This document shows positions 60,501-64,000 of a stretch of 64,000 bases of DNA, piece by piece. Source of the DNA: Lytechinus pictus (taxonomy: Eukaryota); NCBI RefSeq assembly GCF_037042905.1, contig NC_087254.1, positions 30,566,001 through 30,630,000 of the forward strand. Reading direction: 5' to 3'. The notes under the pieces were generated by a model. The model searched no databases and was not told the DNA's origin. It saw nothing but the letters and a program-made list of their open reading frames with translations. The number at the start of each line of letters is the position of its first letter. Position 1 is the first letter of the stretch. The translations under genes were made by a program, and so were the position numbers.

Positions 60501-63082
60501 CTATCCAAAGCTGAATTAGATTGATGAAATGAATTTACATGAGCTACTAAGAAGTTTTAGGTATTTACACTAGGAGGTTTTCAACAGATCTTCAACCCTT
60601 AAATACAAACCCTCTTTTATCAATATTTTGTGACTCTATTCTCTCTGTCTCTTTCCGATTGTCATATTGGTTACATTTGATTGATTTTTACTAGTCAGTA
60701 ACTGATTTAGCCCTGAATAGACGAAGTACTTTGGATGAAAATACCAATATTTCAGCTGTTGATCACTACATCACAACAAAAATCAGCATGCACTTCAACC
60801 ACAACATATTCTACAAAATTTTAGAATTGATTGCTCAAAATGACTGGTTATTCAAAAATACAGCAATCACTATTTTATGCACAAAATTATAATTTCGCTG
60901 TAAATCTTGAAATAAAGCTCCTCAACTGCATACGTGATACATGTATATCACTGCTCGACATACAATTTAGGGGAAAATCAAGGTTAAAAACTAATCTGCA
61001 TTTTTTGTGAGGAAATGGATAGAACTTTGAGTTGATGATCAGAATACCTTCTTTAAGAACTCCAGAGGGAGCACTCTGCCTCCTGTTGCATTATGGGTGT
61101 TTTCGATGCAGATGAGTTTGGTGGTGGCCATGTGAACATCACTAGGTCGTATCTTGGACTCTAGTTCCTCCAAGTCTAGAGTTCCATCTGGTAAGGTCTT
61201 GACTGTGTGTGGGCACACACCAGCAAACTGACATTATACAGAAAATTTATGACATTTTCAAGCTTCAAGTCTGGTTATTTTCAATTCAACTCTACTTAAT
61301 TTGACAACATATTAGAGAAATCATTACACAGTATAAAGAACCAAATCACTAATAGAAGAGGCAAATATCACATTTTCCATAATCTGGTCTGTAAAATTGC
61401 TAAATAGGAGAGGTCAAATAATGCTGATTGCTGACTCAAATGTATGCTTCAATGAACGTTATTAACACTGCATCATTGTCAAAATAAAGTGTAATGCCTC
61501 AAAGGACTGTTTTAAATATTTTCACTATCACTATCATTCATCTTCATCATCATCATCACCATCATTAATCCTTATCATCATCACTATCATCATCATCATA
61601 ATCATCATCATCACCATCATCGTAATCATCATCATTATCATCACCACACTCCATAATCATCATCACCATCATCATCAACATCATCATCATCATCGTCGTC
61701 ACCAACACTATCAATGTCATCATCATCATCAGAATCATAATCATCAATATCATCATCATCTTCATCAAAACATTATCAGTATTATCAGCAGAGGCAACAG
61801 CGGCAGCAGCAGCATCATTACTACTACTACTACCACTACTGCTTCTAATATAATTATTGTTCATTATTATAATCATCAGCAGAAATAGCATGATGATCAA
61901 TATAATCATTTACATCAGTATTATAAATGTCATAATCACTATTCTCATCATTATCAGCATTACTTTTGACATAGGGAGTAGTGACAATGAGCTCTATTTT
62001 CTTACCTGGGCCATACCACCCTGTTCCCATGTAAAGATGTGACACTTGTCTCCTAGCAATATCTCCTCACCTCGACCAGTACAATGACCCATCACTGTAA
62101 AAATAAAGAAATAAATCATTATTAATATTCTAAACATTTTTGTAAGAATCGTTTAACTTCTATCCAGAAATCTACCTTTTAAAAGTAAGATTATACATAA
62201 GCCACAGAGAGAAAAGTCAAAATGTATATCAAAGGACAAGTCCACCACAACAAACTAAATAAAAAGTGAAAAATCCAACAGGCATAACACTGAAAATTTC
62301 TTAAAAATCGGATGTAAAATAAGAGAGTTTTATGACATTTTTAAGTTTCGCTTAATTTCACAAAACAGTTATATTCACATCCTGGTTGGTATGCAAATGA
62401 GGGGACTGATGACATCACTCACTCACTATTTCTTTTGTATTTCATATGAAATACACCCATTTTCTCTTGGTTGTCCTGTGAACAAAGTTTTATTCCTCCC
62501 TGAACATGTGGTATTACCATTGTTTTAACATTATATGGTTCAGACAAGTTGGTTCTTATTGTCAAATCTGTAAAAATTGAAATATTGTATAATTCAAACA
62601 ATAAAAAAACCAAAAGAAATTGTGAATGAGGGACATCATCGAATCTTTCATTTGCATGTCACTGAGTTGTGCATATAACTGTTTGGTGAAAAATAAGCGA
62701 AACTTTAAAATGTCATGACTTACTTATTTCACATCCGATTTTGATGAAATTTTCAGCATAATGCTTGTTTGATTTTTCTCTATTGATTAAAATCAAAATT
62801 TTTCTGTTGTGGATTTGACCTTTAAATTTTTTTCTACAATCTTTCATTTCTCCAAATTTAGACATTTTCGACATTGATTCAAATCGCATTTGTCATATAT
62901 GTGATACATATAATTTGATTCTTTTCTCTAATTTATATAGAATAATTTCATCTCTAAAGCTGCAAATAAAAATTAACTTATACAAGAAATTACTTTACCT
63001 GCAATCAAATTGGACATTGTCCCTGTTGGAACAAAGAGGGCAGCATCCTTCTTCATCATTTTGGCCACTTTGTTTTGTAGCT
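51562..63082 (-). CDS. THA1: Low-specificity L-threonine aldolase (PLP-dependent, GLY1/Tha1 family), 5'-partial
   Basis: Exons (minus) 63082-62999, 62094-62006, 61227-61048, 60447-60310, 59502-59447, 54519-54383, 53765-53602, 51696-51562; phases consistent. Motifs ALFVPTGTMSNLIA, HIFTWEQGG, ICIENTHN, VHLDGARLLNA, SLCFSK|GLGCPVGS (PLP lysine), RKALGGGMRQ, TNMV. The N-terminal exons (DLRSDT motif) are not in the window. Confidence 0.94.
51976..52902. repeat. 39-bp minisatellite, ~24 copies
   Basis: Unit AATCTGGAATCTGAAACCCAT[G/A]TAGCCTGACTCACAGGC, almost invariant, in the last THA1 intron. Confidence 0.97.
52926..53436. mobile_element. Non-autonomous element with split inverted repeats and a large 3' hairpin (Crypton-like architecture)
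   Basis: TTGTACAACGCCT (52926) is inverted internally at 53256-68. ACAAATAGC.. (53270) pairs with ..GCTATTTGT (~53431). Hairpin centre CTCTATTCA-TCTTGGCTAACGCCTCGT-TGAATAGAG. Confidence 0.6.
54926..55285. mobile_element. Palindromic MITE
   Basis: AGAGTACCGAAGT.. / ..ACTTCGGTACTCT, with long internal arms (GAGCATGATGAAATACC / GGTATTTCATCATGCTC). Confidence 0.75.
55489..56900. mobile_element. TTAA-target (Kolobok-like) MITE hosting a Harbinger-type MITE; right end truncated
   Basis: TTAA|AGGTCAAGTCCACCCC; collinear with the 62233 and 25617 copies. Confidence 0.7.
55656..56511. mobile_element. PIF/Harbinger-type MITE, 856 bp
   Basis: TIR TACCCCTTTCA/TGAAAGGGGTA; 3-bp TSD TCA (55653-55, 56512-14); CCGGAGAACTT subterminal repeats. 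Confidence 0.85.
57899..58291 (-). pseudogene. Two degenerate tRNA-like sequences (tRNA pseudogenes or SINE heads)
   Basis: 57972-57899: TGGCCGAGTGG A box and GGTTCGATTTCC B box. 58291-58230: GGTTCGAATCCC B box. The acceptor and anticodon stems do not pair properly. Confidence 0.5.
61520..61960. repeat. Degenerate (CAT/ATC)n trinucleotide microsatellite
   Basis: Long ATC/CAT/ACT/GCA runs in a THA1 intron. Confidence 0.9.
62233..62821. mobile_element. TTAA-target (Kolobok-like) MITE, uninterrupted copy
   Basis: AGGACAAGTCCAC...GTGGATTTGACCT|TTAA; same family as 25617 and 55489. Confidence 0.8.
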
Positions 63083-64000
63083 CTAGAATATATAAGTAAG
63101 AGTGCAACAGCTTTCGGATGAATTATATAAAAAAAGAATCCTGATATTTCCTGAAAGTCTTATTGATCACTATATAAGAGACTACATAATATATCCTAAT
63201 GTAAACACTCAAAAGTATTGTTGCATATTTCTACCATTAAAGTAAAATAGACCAAAGGGACAAATATCTACATAACAATTATATATGTTGAGTAGACAAA
63301 TGGCAAGTATTTGCTCATAGGTGTAAGGGAGAATATCTGATAATCATAAAATGTATGGAGAAGTGTAAAAAAAGGTTGTTCTTATGAATGTATGTTCAAA
63401 TATCATCATCTGCAGTTCACCTACAGTTCTCTCATTTTGTAATATTGGTATGACAGAAACTATCAGAATTCCCTTTCTCCAGCTATCCATTCTTTAATAA
63501 AAATAAATGTAAGACCGAAGTTACATACAAATTCATGTTTTTTCACTGCTTGGTTCAATAGAAAAATCACCAACATCAGGGGAAAAGAAAGTAGAATTTT
63601 AGGCAAGTAGCAAATGAAATGTTATATCATCTCCTCAGAAATCATTTTTCCCCCACCCTGTAAGTTAAATTTCCTTTATCATCAGCCATTCTTAATTTGA
63701 TAAAAGCTGCTATCAGAACATATAGGGCTCACAAAGGTTACATGTATCACATGAACTGTAAGGTAGAAAGTCCGCAGAATATGACATGCTGGTATTTGAC
63801 AAGCTTTTTTAAATGATACTGTACAGCTAAGGCTAACAAAGCAATCTGAATGTGCAGCCTACTCATGCCTTGTGTACTGAACAGCTCTCTCCTGAACAGC
63901 AAGTTTTGTATGTGCTAGTCTTTGCATGGAGGCACACATGTTGATCAAAGTCCCAATCAGGGTCTGTGCCTGCAGACTAGTCTGCTCCAGCCTTCTCAGA

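Noticed and set aside
61565-62045. Met/Asp/Ile-rich ORFs
   Set aside because: They are translations of the (CAT)n microsatellite.

Overview
AT-rich, intron-containing animal genomic DNA; not prokaryotic. The repeat families look sea-urchin/echinoderm-like, which is an inference. Four spliced host genes were reconstructed by hand with GT-AG boundaries and consistent phases: survivin/BIRC5 (+, 4 exons, 149 aa), CCDC96/CFAP184 (-, 10 exons, 596 aa), thymidine kinase TK1 (+, 7 exons, 235 aa) and a low-specificity L-threonine aldolase THA1/GLY1 (-, 8 exons in window, 5' end beyond 64000). A recently inserted 8.07-kb BEL/Pao LTR retrotransposon lies between the divergent CCDC96 and TK1 starts. It has an AGTTA TSD, near-identical LTRs, two frameshifts, a 565-bp secondary insertion in the 5' LTR and no recognisable PBS. 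Many SINEs, a LINE 3' end, MITEs (several nested), a Helentron-like element and a 39-bp minisatellite are also present. Most notable: BIRC5, TK1 and THA1 are also neighbours in mammals, suggesting deep microsynteny. BIRC5 and TK1 both carry a CDE/E2F-4nt-CHR promoter module, and their cell-cycle motifs differ from mammals (KEN box on survivin; no KEN box but an RRLF Cy motif on TK1). No wholly new multi-gene system can be demonstrated from sequence alone.
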